Source: Octopus sinensis (taxonomy: Eukaryota). Taken from it: a stretch of DNA of 23,678 nt. Below are positions 1 through 9,621 of this stretch, piece by piece. The translations under genes were made by a program, and so were the position numbers. The notes under the pieces are model-generated. The model saw only the letters and a program-made list of their open reading frames with translations, did not search any database and had not been told where the DNA came from. How positions within the stretch are numbered: the first letter of the stretch is position 1; each line of letters starts with the position of its first letter. The stretch is taken from positions 1-23,678 of the forward strand of contig NW_021836576.1 of NCBI RefSeq assembly GCF_006345805.1, given 5' to 3'.

Positions 1-108
1 TGTAAAAGTTCTATCCAATGTCATATGTTCTCTAATCTAGAACTACTGCAGGTCTGCCTGTATGCCTGTCTGCATGTCTTAATGTAAAGGGTCAATATTT
101 GTAGATAT

Positions 109-331
109 GTTCCTTTATTATACACAAGGGGCTAAACATAGAGGGGACAAACAAGGACATACAAACGAATTAAGTCGATTACAGTGCGTAACTGGTACTT
201 AATTTATCGATCCCGAATGTTTGAAAGGCAGAGTCGACATCGGCGGAATTTGAACTCGGAACGTAACGACAGACGAAATACTACTAAGCATTTCGCCAGG
301 TGTGGTAACGGTTCTGCCAGCTCGCCGCCCT
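109..331 (-). mobile_element. tRNA-derived SINE, type B (CORE-like), near full length
   Basis: Reverse strand reads GGCGGCGAGCTGGCAGAACCGTTACC (A-box-like), then GAGTTCAAATTCC (B-box), CTTTCA...GGGATCGATAAATTAAGTACCAG (CORE-like 3' half) and a tail ending CCCCTTGTGTATAATAAAGGAA. The same sequence recurs at 8237, 9331 and 22680. Confidence 0.9.
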
Positions 332-762
332 AAAGGTTCCATATTTATATATGGAAAAAGGACGGAACATGCACACGGGATAGCCTGTGTGTGGCTGTGC
401 ATGCATGCGTGCTGTTGTGTGCGTATGCGGTCACACAGTTCCGTTCATAAACGTACATTGGTTGTCAGTAACCACGTAGCGCTGGGTTTCCTGTGTATGC
501 AGGTTTATATAACTGGCAGGCGTGTATGCAGTGTATTTCATTGGCAGGAAATGATTTCTTCCTTTCTTCTTTTCCTTTTATTTTTTTTTTAGGATGAAAG
601 ATGAAGTCATTAAATTGTAATTTCACCCGTAGCGTTCCAAAAATAATTAAAACCGATGGATATCAATGTCTATAGAAACAAACATACACACAAGCACGCG
701 CCAATACACAGCCTGTTCAAAGACATCATGACGCTAGCCATAAAATTATATTATATTAATAC

Positions 763-926
763 AGGTGCAGGTGTGGCTGTAAGAAGGTCTGTTCCCAATC
801 ACATGGGTCCAATTTCAGCCCCACAGTCCAACTTGGGCACGTGTCTTCTAATATAGCCTTGGGCTTATCAAATCCTTGTCAGTGGATTTGGTAGACGGAA
901 ACTGAGAGAAATCCATCATATATATA
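763..926 (+). mobile_element. tRNA-derived SINE, type A, diverged 5' half
   Basis: AGGTGCAGGTGTGGCTGT...ACTTGGGCACGTGTCTTCTA...GTGGATTTGGTAGACGGAAACTGA aligns with the intact copies at 3096 and 11708. It stops at the central TA tract. Confidence 0.85.
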
Positions 927-928
927 TA

Positions 929-956
929 ACACCAGTTTCCTATAGCTCTCCTTTTA

Positions 957-999
<43 letters not shown>

Positions 1000-1181
1000 T
1001 ATATATATATATATTCGTTATATAATTAGAGTTCAGTAAATAATTTACTTTACCACACACCGAACTTTTAGAAATAGCAGTCAAAAAATCTTAGCTATTT
1101 CTTCTACTATAAGAAAAATCTCCAGACAATGCATTATATATATATATAAACCTAAAAGAAGGAGCTATAGGAAACAGGTGT
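929..1181. mobile_element. Inverted-repeat (MITE-like) element with TA flanks
   Basis: The left arm ACACCAGTTTCCTATAGCTCTCCTTTTAGGTTT(AT)n and the reverse complement of the right arm, ACACCTGTTTCCTATAGCTCCTTCTTTTAGGTTT(AT)n, differ by about 3 changes. TA lies on both sides (927-928, 1182-1183). Confidence 0.6.
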
Positions 1182-1201
1182 TAACACTTGTGTGGACTAC
1201 A

Positions 1202-1600
1202 ATATATAGTGAAGAATTAAAGACAAGGTCTTAGTGGAAAAGAAGCCCGGAAAACAAACAATTAGGAAATACAAGATGCAAGCTCTCACTATATCAGAAA
1301 AGAATAGATCAATATCAACAGAATAGATTATTTGAGACAGACCAGGAGAGATATTATAACCAAATAAAAAGTGGAGAACGAAGTACTGAAGATGGGAAAC
1401 CTAATGCAGAGGAAGCTAGAAAGTTCTGGAGTAGTATTTGGAATAGACCACTCAATCATAGTGGAGATAGAGTATGGTTAAAGAAGTAATGAGTGAGACG
1501 CAGCCAGAGTAAGATTAACTAGTGCAGTAATGAGTAAAGTGTTATGGAAAATGCTGAATTGGAAGGGGTCAGGAGCAGGTTTAGTTGAAAGTGAATTTAG
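1202..1600 (+). mobile_element. R4/Dong-like non-LTR retrotransposon fragment (region upstream of RT and start of RT), with stops and frameshifts
   Basis: From 1280 it translates as KLSLYQKRIDQYQQNRLFETDQERYYNQIKSG...PNAEEARKFWSSIWNRPLNHSGDRVWLKK*. After a frameshift it reads SKVLWKMLNWKGSGAG, resembling the KMPNWKAPGPD motif of this clade. Confidence 0.8.
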
Positions 1601-1617
1601 TTCAAGTGTATTAGTTT

Positions 1618-1745
1618 GACGCGTGGGAAAAAGGGAAAAGTATTTTACGTTTCAAGCCTACGCTCTTCGACTGAAAAGAAAAAGAGGAAATACTGAGAGA
1701 GTATGAAAAAGAACTTGTTGAGTTCAGTGGCCTAACATGGCGAAT
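1618..1745 (-). mobile_element. Penelope-like terminal-repeat remnant, copy 1, with hammerhead-like motif
   Basis: Minus strand TTTTCAGTCGAAGAGCGTAGGCTTGAAACGTAAAATAC (1641-1678); roughly 80% similar by eye to 1805-1880. The Penelope assignment is inferred from the motif architecture. Confidence 0.6.
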
Positions 1746-1784
1746 ATCAGACCACTGATCTTAACACTTTTTTTTTCTTTTTGT

Positions 1785-1925
1785 CATTCTCTCTGTTTCT
1801 CATCTATTTCCTCTTATTCTTTCTGTCGAAGAGCCTAGGCTCGAAAGGTAAAAGACTTTTCCATCTTTCTCGGGCGTCCAACTAACACACCTTGTTGTTC
1901 TTTGTTTTTCTATAATTTTGAATTA
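1785..1925 (+). mobile_element. Penelope-like terminal-repeat remnant, copy 2, with hammerhead-like motif
   Basis: TCTTT-CTGTCGAA-GAGC-CTAG-GCTC-GAAA-GG-TA-AAAGA at 1818-1855, followed by CTTTTCC...AACTAACAC...TTGTTGT, which is shared with copy 3. Confidence 0.65.
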
Positions 1926-2171
1926 TATATTATACGTTTACATGGTTACCCCAGCTTGATCCTGACTGAACTTCCCACCCTCTGGGACATGCATATCTTA
2001 ACCACTTCCTGACCATTCAACACCTCTCCTCATCAACACACCAGTACTACACCCGGATTTCCACTGCATCTTCGTACACTTTTGGACTCTAATATCACGG
2101 ATCCCATTGGCGGTTTCCGTTCATATATATATGTTTATATATGTATTTATGTATGTATGTATGTATGTATA

Positions 2172-2363
2172 GGGAGAATTCATAAAAAATCAAAAGACGA
2201 AGACAGGTGGTGTAGACAACAAACCGACGTATTAGTTTAAAGTTCGGGAAGTGAAAAAGTCTTTAACGTTTAGAGTCTACGCTCTTCTATAGAAAAGAAC
2301 ACAGAAATAAAACAAGAGAGAAACTTAGGATTGTCCATTGACTGAAGATCTGTCATGGCGAAT
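2172..2363 (-). mobile_element. Penelope-like terminal-repeat remnant, copy 3
   Basis: Minus strand TCTTTTCTATAGAAGAGCGTAGACTCTAAACGTTAAAGACTTTTTCACTTCCCGAAC...GTTTGTTGTCTACACCACCTGTCTTCGTC. It shares CATGGCGAAT (plus strand) with copy 1 and ends at a (TATG)n tract. Confidence 0.65.
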
Positions 2364-2425
2364 CTCTCTCTCTCTCTCTCTCTCTCTTTATATATAATAT
2401 ATGCACACACACAATATATATATAT

Positions 2426-2468
<43 letters not shown>

Positions 2469-2577
2469 TAATAGAGAGAGAGAGAGAGAGAGAGAGGGGG
2501 AGAGAGAGAGATATATAAATAGATAGAGAGATCGAGAGAGGTTGAGAGAGATAGAGAAAGAAAGAGAGAGAGAGAGA
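2363..2577. repeat. Compound microsatellite (CT)n-(TA)n-(GA)n
   Basis: Directly visible. Confidence 0.95.
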
Positions 2578-3095
2578 TGAGCCTGCATCACAGAAATAGC
2601 AAAATCAGGTGGAAAACCAAATAAAACCTAAAATGACGTTACTTAACGTTCAAATATTTCCCTAGGTACCTCTTTTTATTTGTCTTTCATTTTTGAATTT
2701 AAATAATATATTTTTTATTGATTTTAAGCATTCAAAATTTTGAGAAAATTCTATCAAATGACATCCAGAAAATATTTCACTGCTATTTTAAGAATTTCTG
2801 AAAACATCAACAGAAATTTGTCATCTTCTCTTAACACTCGTCTCTCATTTGTTATTGTGTAAAGGTCAACGATGCTGTGATTGTCTTGAAGCGAGTGGAA
2901 AGAAATTTCTTTCTCTTTGTACAATGTTGAAGTTTTCAAGGCATTATCGATTTTTAAACCTCGTATATCGGCATTTGCTTGGTTACATTTGTATTGAGAC
3001 ATTTCCATATAATGTGCCCAGGAAATGCATCTAGGGCCGCATTATCGGTGGGTGCTTCCTACGTTATATATTTTGTGATAGTTTTCAGAAATGAG

Positions 3096-3259
3096 AGGCG
3101 TAGGAGTGGCTGTGTGGTAAGTAGCTTGCTTACGAACCACATGGTTCCGGATTCAGTCCCACTGCGCAGCACCTTGGGCAAGTGTCTTCTACTACAGCCT
3201 CGGGCCGACCAAAACCTTGTGAGTGGATTTGTTAGACGGAAACTGAAAGACGCCCGTCC

Positions 3260-3290
<31 letters not shown>

Positions 3291-3506
3291 GTGTGTGTGT
3301 GTCTATGTTTGTCCCCCTCTAACATCGCTGGACAACCGATGCTGGTGTATTTACGTCCCCGTAAATTAGCGGTTCAGCAAAAGACACCGATAGAATAAGT
3401 ACTAGGCTTACAAAAAATAAGTCCTGGGTTCGAGTTGCTTGACTAAAGGTGGTGCTCCAGCATGGCCACATTCAAATGACTGAAACAAGTAAAAGAGTAA
3501 AGAGAG
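3096..3506 (+). mobile_element. tRNA-derived SINE, type A, full length
   Basis: A-box TGGCTGTGTGG, B-box-like GGATTCAGTCC, ACCTTGGGCAAGTGTCTTC (CORE-like 5' part), internal (TA)n(TG)n, a 3' module and an AAAAGAGT-type tail. Confidence 0.95.
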
Positions 3507-3760
3507 TATATATTGAGGTGAGATATGTTTGGTATTCTCTATACACTTGATCGTCCAAGAGTTGGAAGTGACTTTCATTTGAAATATGCAAACATAAATG
3601 AGTAACTTTTCAGGTCCCCTGGTTACATTTTAGGAAGTATAAGAGGTTAGGTTAATTGGGATTATTTAAACAAAAAAAAAACAAAAACAAAATAACGATT
3701 GAAATTACTTACTCAGAGACACCCTCAACCTGAAAAACAATAATCAAGTATTAACTCAAT

Positions 3761-3879
3761 TCATAACATCGGTTTCAAATTTTGGCCCAAGTCCAGTCAT
3801 TTCGGAGGGTTACACCCTTCCCAACACATAACTGGTACTTATTTTATTAACACTGACTGGATGCAAAGCAATTTTGGCA
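3761..3879 (-). mobile_element. SINE type B-related 3' fragment
   Basis: AACTGGTACTTATTTTAT core motif plus a tail reading GGACTTGGGCCAAAATTTGAAACC on the minus strand. Confidence 0.6.
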
Positions 3880-3911
3880 AACACGTTAATCAATCGGATA
3901 GATTACTTTGC

Positions 3912-4251
3912 GATGTTTCATATATCTTTTATTGGCTTCCAGCAGTGGTATCGAACACCGCCTAGAAAACTTTTAGTCAAAAAAATTGACCCTAGTACTT
4001 ATTCCTGGTACTCCTTCTATCTAACACTTTTGTCAAGCAATGGTCTCACACACACACACACACGCGCGCACACAAGCATACACATGTGTATATAGACGAT
4101 GGCCGTCTTTCAGTGACTGTCCATCAATTCCACCCACAAGGCTTTGGTCTACCCGGGGCTATATTACAAGACTTTTGAGCAAAGTACCATACAGTGGGAC
4201 TGTACCCGGATCTATGTGGTTGCGATCGAAATGTATGTTTACTCGCAGCAC
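3912..4251 (-). mobile_element. SINE type A, old diverged copy
   Basis: Reverse complement of the type A landmarks: CACAAGGCTTTGGTC, CAGTGGGACTGTACCCGG, central (CA)n, and CACCGCCT...TTTAGTC...AGTACTTATTC. Confidence 0.75.
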
Positions 4252-4835
4252 TATTTTCGCCCTCCTAGTACAATATAATATAATTCAAACTTTCAAGTCA
4301 GCTACAAGGTATCAAACTAGTATTTCCTCACTTCCTTTCATTGGTCATACAAGACCATGAGCTTTGGTGTTCCTACGGAAAGATTTTCAACTATCTCGAG
4401 GTCGAACAAGGTTTGGTCGAATTTGTGTTTGTAGGGTTTGTGTTTAAAAAGATGTTGACATCACCTTGTCTATTTGACAATGTGTTGATGTTTTTTTGGC
4501 TCCAGGTTCAAACACCGATGAATGAGATCATAGTCATCTTTATAAGCATTGAAGCCATGACCACTGCCTTTTGTCAAGGAGGAAAATTGGGGTTTATTTT
4601 GACGAGTTAGCCAGACTGGGATAGAGTCTCTGTTCGACTTCTGTAGGTTTTGATTTTAAATCGTGTTTCTATCTGTGGAATTGGTGACACTTCTCACAGG
4701 CATTGATAACCTGACCCGGAGACAGTCAACACTGATACTGTACAAATTTCGTGCAGGTTTGTATCACGTGACTTGGACTTGCGCATAAATTCTGCGCATG
4801 AGATGACAGTGAATAAGGTAAAGTAGAAAATTCAC

Positions 4836-5260
4836 CCAAACTGGGATGCCCAGGCATTCATTCAAGATGAGGAGTGTTTTATTGAATGAATACCTAGATA
4901 ACGAGCCAGAATCAAGTGAAAATTTTCATGTATGGATGCCCAAGCAATCACGCAGGTTAAATTGAGGACGTCTTTATGAATGGATGTCCAGAAAACTGCT
5001 GAGGGTAAATGGAGAACGATTTCATGTATGGATACCCATGATAAACGAATATGTTTTTATGTGCGGACACTCAGGATCAACCGCGAGTGCTTTCGCATAT
5101 GGATACTCCGGTAATCACCCACGAGAAAATGAGTCATTTCATATGTAAATGACTAAATTCACCCAAGATAAATCACCCAAAATAGATAGTTTACACGTTT
5201 AGGTGCCTATGAAACAGCGGGGAAATAAATAAAAAGTGATTTCATGGATGGATATGCAAT
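4836..5260. repeat. Degenerate tandem repeat: ~17-bp motif TTTCATGTATGGATRCC with divergent intervening sequence, period about 35-54 bp
   Basis: GGAT-type anchors at 4844, 4888, 4934, 4982, 5030, 5065, 5101, 5147, about 5201 and 5250. Confidence 0.7.
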
Positions 5261-5412
5261 CTGTAAATTCGGAAAGAAGAGAAACGGCAAAATTGAGAAC
5301 TATTTTACCTAATATAACTTAATATCATTTAAAACAGTACGGTGTTTGACATGAATTGATTTACAGTCAGACATTGCTGTTTTTCCGATGTCTGGCTGGA
5401 ACTAGCATAAGG

Positions 5413-5522
5413 CCGCATATACAAGCAACACAAACCGCATATACAAGCAACACATACCGCATATACAAGCAACACATACAGCATATACTAGTAACACACG
5501 TCGCATATGCAAGCAACATAAA
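5413..5522. repeat. 22-bp minisatellite, 5 copies (CCGCATATACAAGCAACACATA)
   Basis: Units start at 5413, 5435, 5457, 5479 and 5501. Confidence 0.95.
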
Positions 5523-5839
5523 GTCTCTATTTAAATCGAAGAAGTCAGGTTTTCAACCCTCCCGGCATTTCTTCAAATGCGAACACTGACTGCAGTCAAT
5601 AAGATCTCTTATTTAATGACACACATATAAAACATTCGCTGGAAAAGAACGGCAATAAAATATGTCACATTTTCACATTGTTTCTCTCGTTTAGCACTTA
5701 AAAAATGATATTGAATTTTCGTGTAAGAACACAAACGTACACACACAAACACACTTAAATACATACACACACACACAGACACAAACACACACACACACTG
5801 CACAAAAATACATAATAGAAACCATTTAGAGATTCTTTG

Positions 5840-6110
5840 TCTTTTTGTGTTCATTTTGCCGCTTTTGTTTTTTATCTCAATTTTTCTTTTGTCCGAGTAA
5901 TGTAATTTTTCTTTCTTCCTTTCGTTCTTCCCAGTTTTTTTTTATTTTGTTTAATTTTATTTGTAATTATGTTTTTCCTGTTATTTCTCTTAATTTATTA
6001 TGTTGTTGTTTTGTTTTGTTTGTATTTTATTTTTGTTTTTTTTTTGAGACAATTTTTAATATTTATTTTTTATTATTTTTATCGACTTCAATTGTCAGTA
6101 AACGGTTTTG
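5840..6110. repeat. T-rich low-complexity tract
   Basis: Directly visible; it produces the Phe/Leu-rich artefact ORFs. Confidence 0.85.
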
Positions 6111-6198
6111 ACCTCTTTTACTCTCTTCGCAATAAACTAAGAATTAAATAAACATCAAAAACAAACAACACAATGTAAAACAAAACACGTACACACGC

Positions 6199-6236
<38 letters not shown>

Positions 6237-6419
6237 GCACTAAATTATAATGCAAATACTGCTTGTATTTTCATTGTCTTTGTTGTTATATTCGTGTTAT
6301 TCTTGTTGATGTTATTAATTTTTCTGGTGCTTTTTTTGCTGTTAATGTTTTTGTTCAGCTCGTTATTCCTAATGTTGAGGTAGCTAGAATTGTTTTGGCC
6401 CCGATCAGATACGATTGGG

Positions 6420-7066
6420 CAGATATCCGTGACCACCTGGTATATATGTTTTCCTTATGGACAGGGGACTAACGACGGACGCAGTTACTAACGTCTCCTT
6501 TAGTTTGAAAATGGCGTAACCCTGAGCGAGATTTAGTGGAAGATCACCTGTTAAGACAATGCCCTAGATACAGAGATCCTCTCACGATCTGATCTGCAAA
6601 GCATTTACATAATGCCGATGAGAGCGCAAGTAGGGAGGACAAGCCAGCTTGTTCGAATGTCTGACAAGTGACTTCCAGGGGACTACTTCGCAGTGAAATA
6701 ACGGGAGACAAGGGCACGGAAGATGGACAGAAAGAAGGGCGCTTTAGAGATACACTCAAGACCTCACTGAAGGGCTTTGAGATCAACCCTCACACCTGGG
6801 AAATACAGATGGAAGATCGCCGTTCTTGGCGTAGCTGCACTAATAAAGGTTCCACTTTCTAAGAACCGAATAAGATAATAGGGGCATAGCGAAAACGCGA
6901 ACTGCGCAAGGTCAGAGTCGGCTCCTTGCCTTCAGTCCCAGCAGACTACCCGTGCCCGAGTTTCCGCAGATCCGTCCGAACGCGCATCGGACACACCATG
7001 CTCCATCTTCTTTCATGTGATATCTTCGGTCATCTCCTCCGACATCGACAGACGAACTAACTAACT
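6420..7066 (+). mobile_element. RTE-clade LINE, 5'-truncated 3' portion, decayed
   Basis: Translates (with stops and shifts) as DTEILSRSDLQSIY...LVRMSDK*LP, GRFRDTLKTSLKGFEINPHTWEIQMEDRRSWRS and a decayed C-terminal zinc finger YPCPSFRRSVRTRIG. The 3' end is GGTCATCTCC...GACGAAC plus an (AACT)n tail. The 6420-6520 part is less certain. Confidence 0.85.
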
Positions 7067-7544
7067 TAAATAATCGTCGCTAGTAATATTTATATACTTA
7101 TCTTTGTAATTGTCGTAAATTACTGTTGATTCTGTTATTATACTTAAAATTCCTGTCGTTGTGTTGCCAGTAGTTTTTTTTTCTTCTTCTCTCTCCGGTC
7201 TTGTTGTTGTTGTTGTTGTTAATATCAAATTTGTTGTTGTCCATTTTATCTCAATATTATTGTCGTTCTGTTTTAGTTGTAATTCTTGCAGCTGTTATTA
7301 GTGTTCTTGCTGATGTTGTTTTTATTGCCATATTTATTGTTTTTTTTTATTTCTGTTGTTTTTGGCTGCTACTGTTGACATATTGTTTGTTTGTTTGTTG
7401 GTTTGTTTTTGCTCCTGCTGTCGTTTATTACCGATTTATTACGATGAAAGCGTCGCACAGAAAAGTAAATAAACAATCAAATCACGAAATAATTATTGTG
7501 TAGTTTATTTTCATATATCATGTGATTTTATTTTCCTTTCTATG

Positions 7545-7696
7545 GCTACATGTATACATATATACATACATACATAATATATATATATATATGTATATGT
7601 ATGTATATGTATGTATGCATGTATATATATATGTGTGTATATATATGTATATATATATAGTATATATATATATACATATATATATGTATATATGTA

Positions 7697-7763
<67 letters not shown>

Positions 7764-7925
7764 GGAATCATACATGTATCTTTATATTTATGTGTTAGTA
7801 TATTTATATGCATATTTGTATCTATACGTATATATACCGACTCACACAGAGAGAGACGCACAGGTGCTCAAGCAAACACACACATACGTGTATATATATA
7901 TATATATATTATATATATATATATA
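7545..7925. repeat. Compound (TA)n/(TATG)n microsatellite
   Basis: Directly visible. Confidence 0.95.
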
Positions 7926-8236
7926 TCCCGTGGATATTAAATTTACTTTTTTTTTCATTTCTCCAAGATAATTATGCAATGTTTGGAAATTAACGAGTGT
8001 TTTCTTTACATTTCAGATATTATTTTCTAATGAAGCATTGACATAAATCCGCCATCATTTAAATATTTAAATATTTGAAGATATAAGATATAACCGCTTG
8101 AAAGTTTATGGCAGTCATAATATCGGTGTTGCCGCCTCTGCATATATTGTTCTTACAGTAATTTCGTTTAAGATGGGGGCGATATTGGTGTAGCTGTATA
8201 TATTTCATTCAAACAAGACTTAGCAGAGTCATAACC

Positions 8237-8447
8237 ATTTCTATTAAAGGCAAAAGGCCTGAAATTTGGGGTTAGGGGGACTAGTCGATTATATTAACCT
8301 CAGTGTTTCACTGGTGCTTAATTTCTCGACCCGGAAGGATGAAAGGCAAAGTCAACCTTGTCCGAATTTGAATACAGAACATTGCGGCGGGTGAAATACC
8401 GCTAAGCATTGTCCAGCGTGCTAACAATAGTGCCAGTTCGCTGCGTT
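8237..8447 (-). mobile_element. SINE type B, diverged copy
   Basis: Aligns with 109-331 (GGATGAAAGGCAAAGTCAACC, GAATTTGAA, AAATACCGCTAAGCATT, TGCCAGTTCGC) but has a different tail. Confidence 0.85.
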
Positions 8448-8457
8448 AACAACAACA

Positions 8458-9178
8458 ACAAGCCTCCCCATCAGAAATTACCAAAAACATATTAGTGAAA
8501 AGAAAAATAACAAGTAACTGCAGAATATGTGGAGATGGACAAGAAACAATAGATCATATTATCTCTGGCAGCCAAGTCCTGGCTAACAAGGAATATATTC
8601 ACAGACATGACAGAGTTGGAACCTACATACATTGGAAGCTATGCCAACATTATGGAATAACAACAGAAAAAAGATGGTATAGGCACACACCAGAAAAGGT
8701 CACAGAAAACGAGAAAGCAACCATACTCTGGGATATGCCAATACACACAGATAGAGAAATGAAGGCCAATAGTTGTCAGAGATCATGAAGAAGAAAAATG
8801 CTTTCTAATTGATGTATCAATAGCAGCAGATGACAACGTGTCTCTAAAAGAAATGGAGAAACTCTCAAAATACAAAGACCTGGAAATAGAGGTAACTAGA
8901 ATGTGGAATCTGAAAACAGAAACAATTCCTATCATAGTAGGTGCATTAGGCATGATAAAAAAATATTCAGACAAATACATAACAAAAACACCAGGACTTA
9001 CATACAAACACATAAAACATACAGAAAATTTCACTACTAGGCACTGCACACATCCTACGCAGAAAACTTTCAATACAGTAACGATAAGAGCAACACAGCA
9101 AACCACAGTACATACCCAAGGCACACAGAACTGTTCTCGGTAGTGAAGTGAAAGCACGCTATAAAAATAAAACTACTG
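8458..9178 (+). mobile_element. R4/Dong-like LINE 3' end: CCHC zinc knuckle, restriction-like endonuclease and 3' UTR; frameshifted
   Basis: QSLPIRNYQKHI / CRICGDGQETIDHIISG / HRHDRVGTYIHW / ILWDMPIHTDRE / CFLIDVSI..DDNVSLKEMEKLSKYKDLEIE..W...IPIIVGALG / QKISLLGTAHILRR, with a stop at 9079-9081 followed by a (TAA)n tail. This covers ORFs 8495-8788 and 8838-9143. Confidence 0.92.
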
Positions 9179-9272
9179 ATAATTAATATATAATAATAAT
9201 AATAACAATAATAATAATATATAATAATAATAATATAATAATAATAATAATAATACAACAATAATAATAATA
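9179..9272 (+). repeat. (TAA)n tract, tail or target of the R4/Dong-like element
   Basis: Directly visible, immediately after the LINE 3' UTR. Confidence 0.9.
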
Positions 9273-9330
9273 AATATTTTTTATTGCCACAAGGTCAAAT
9301 AATAAAATTATTGGCCACAGGTCTAAGTCC

Positions 9331-9536
9331 TTTTTACAGGATGCATAAGTCCTCAAGTTTGGAAGAAGGAATTAAATCGGTTACATCGACTCCAGTGCGT
9401 AACTGGTACTTAATCCACCTCGAAAAGTTAAAGGCAATGTTAACGTCGGTGGAATTTGAAATCAGAACGTAGCAACGGGTGAAATACCCCCAAGCATTTA
9501 GTCTTGTGTTTTAAAGATTCTGCAACTTCCGCGCCT
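9331..9536 (-). mobile_element. SINE type B, diverged copy
   Basis: TTACATCGACTCCAGTGCGTAACTGGTACTTAAT, AAAGGCAATGTT..CGTCGGTGGAATTTGAA and AAGCATTT match 109-331. Confidence 0.85.
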
Positions 9537-9621
9537 TACTTAGAATTAAAGCTATAGCATAAAAGCTTCTCTCTGGACGTTGCTTAACCTGACCTACATA
9601 TTTTACTCTATCTAATCGTTT

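Noticed and set aside
1935-2122. Possible decayed Penelope ORF (TPGF..C, or NGTAMGS on the minus strand)
   Set aside because: It needs several frameshifts to see, so the similarity is too weak to call.
2754-3008. 84-aa minus-strand ORF as a coding exon
   Set aside because: No recognisable domain and no convincing pair of splice sites.
3096-3175. tRNA gene at SINE heads (also 11708, 14633, 17362)
   Set aside because: A and B boxes are present, but there is no complete cloverleaf and each runs into a SINE body.
4341-4800. Unique sequence with partial open frames on both strands
   Set aside because: All frames are interrupted and I recognise no protein family; it could be an old TE but cannot be supported.
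4836-5260. CRISPR array interpretation
   Set aside because: The repeats are short, non-identical and non-palindromic, the spacing is irregular, there are no cas genes and the context is animal DNA.
1202-9178. One long R4/Dong element split by 7 kb of insertions
   Set aside because: The RT core is absent in between and the 5' piece is far more decayed than the 3' piece; independent insertions are simpler.
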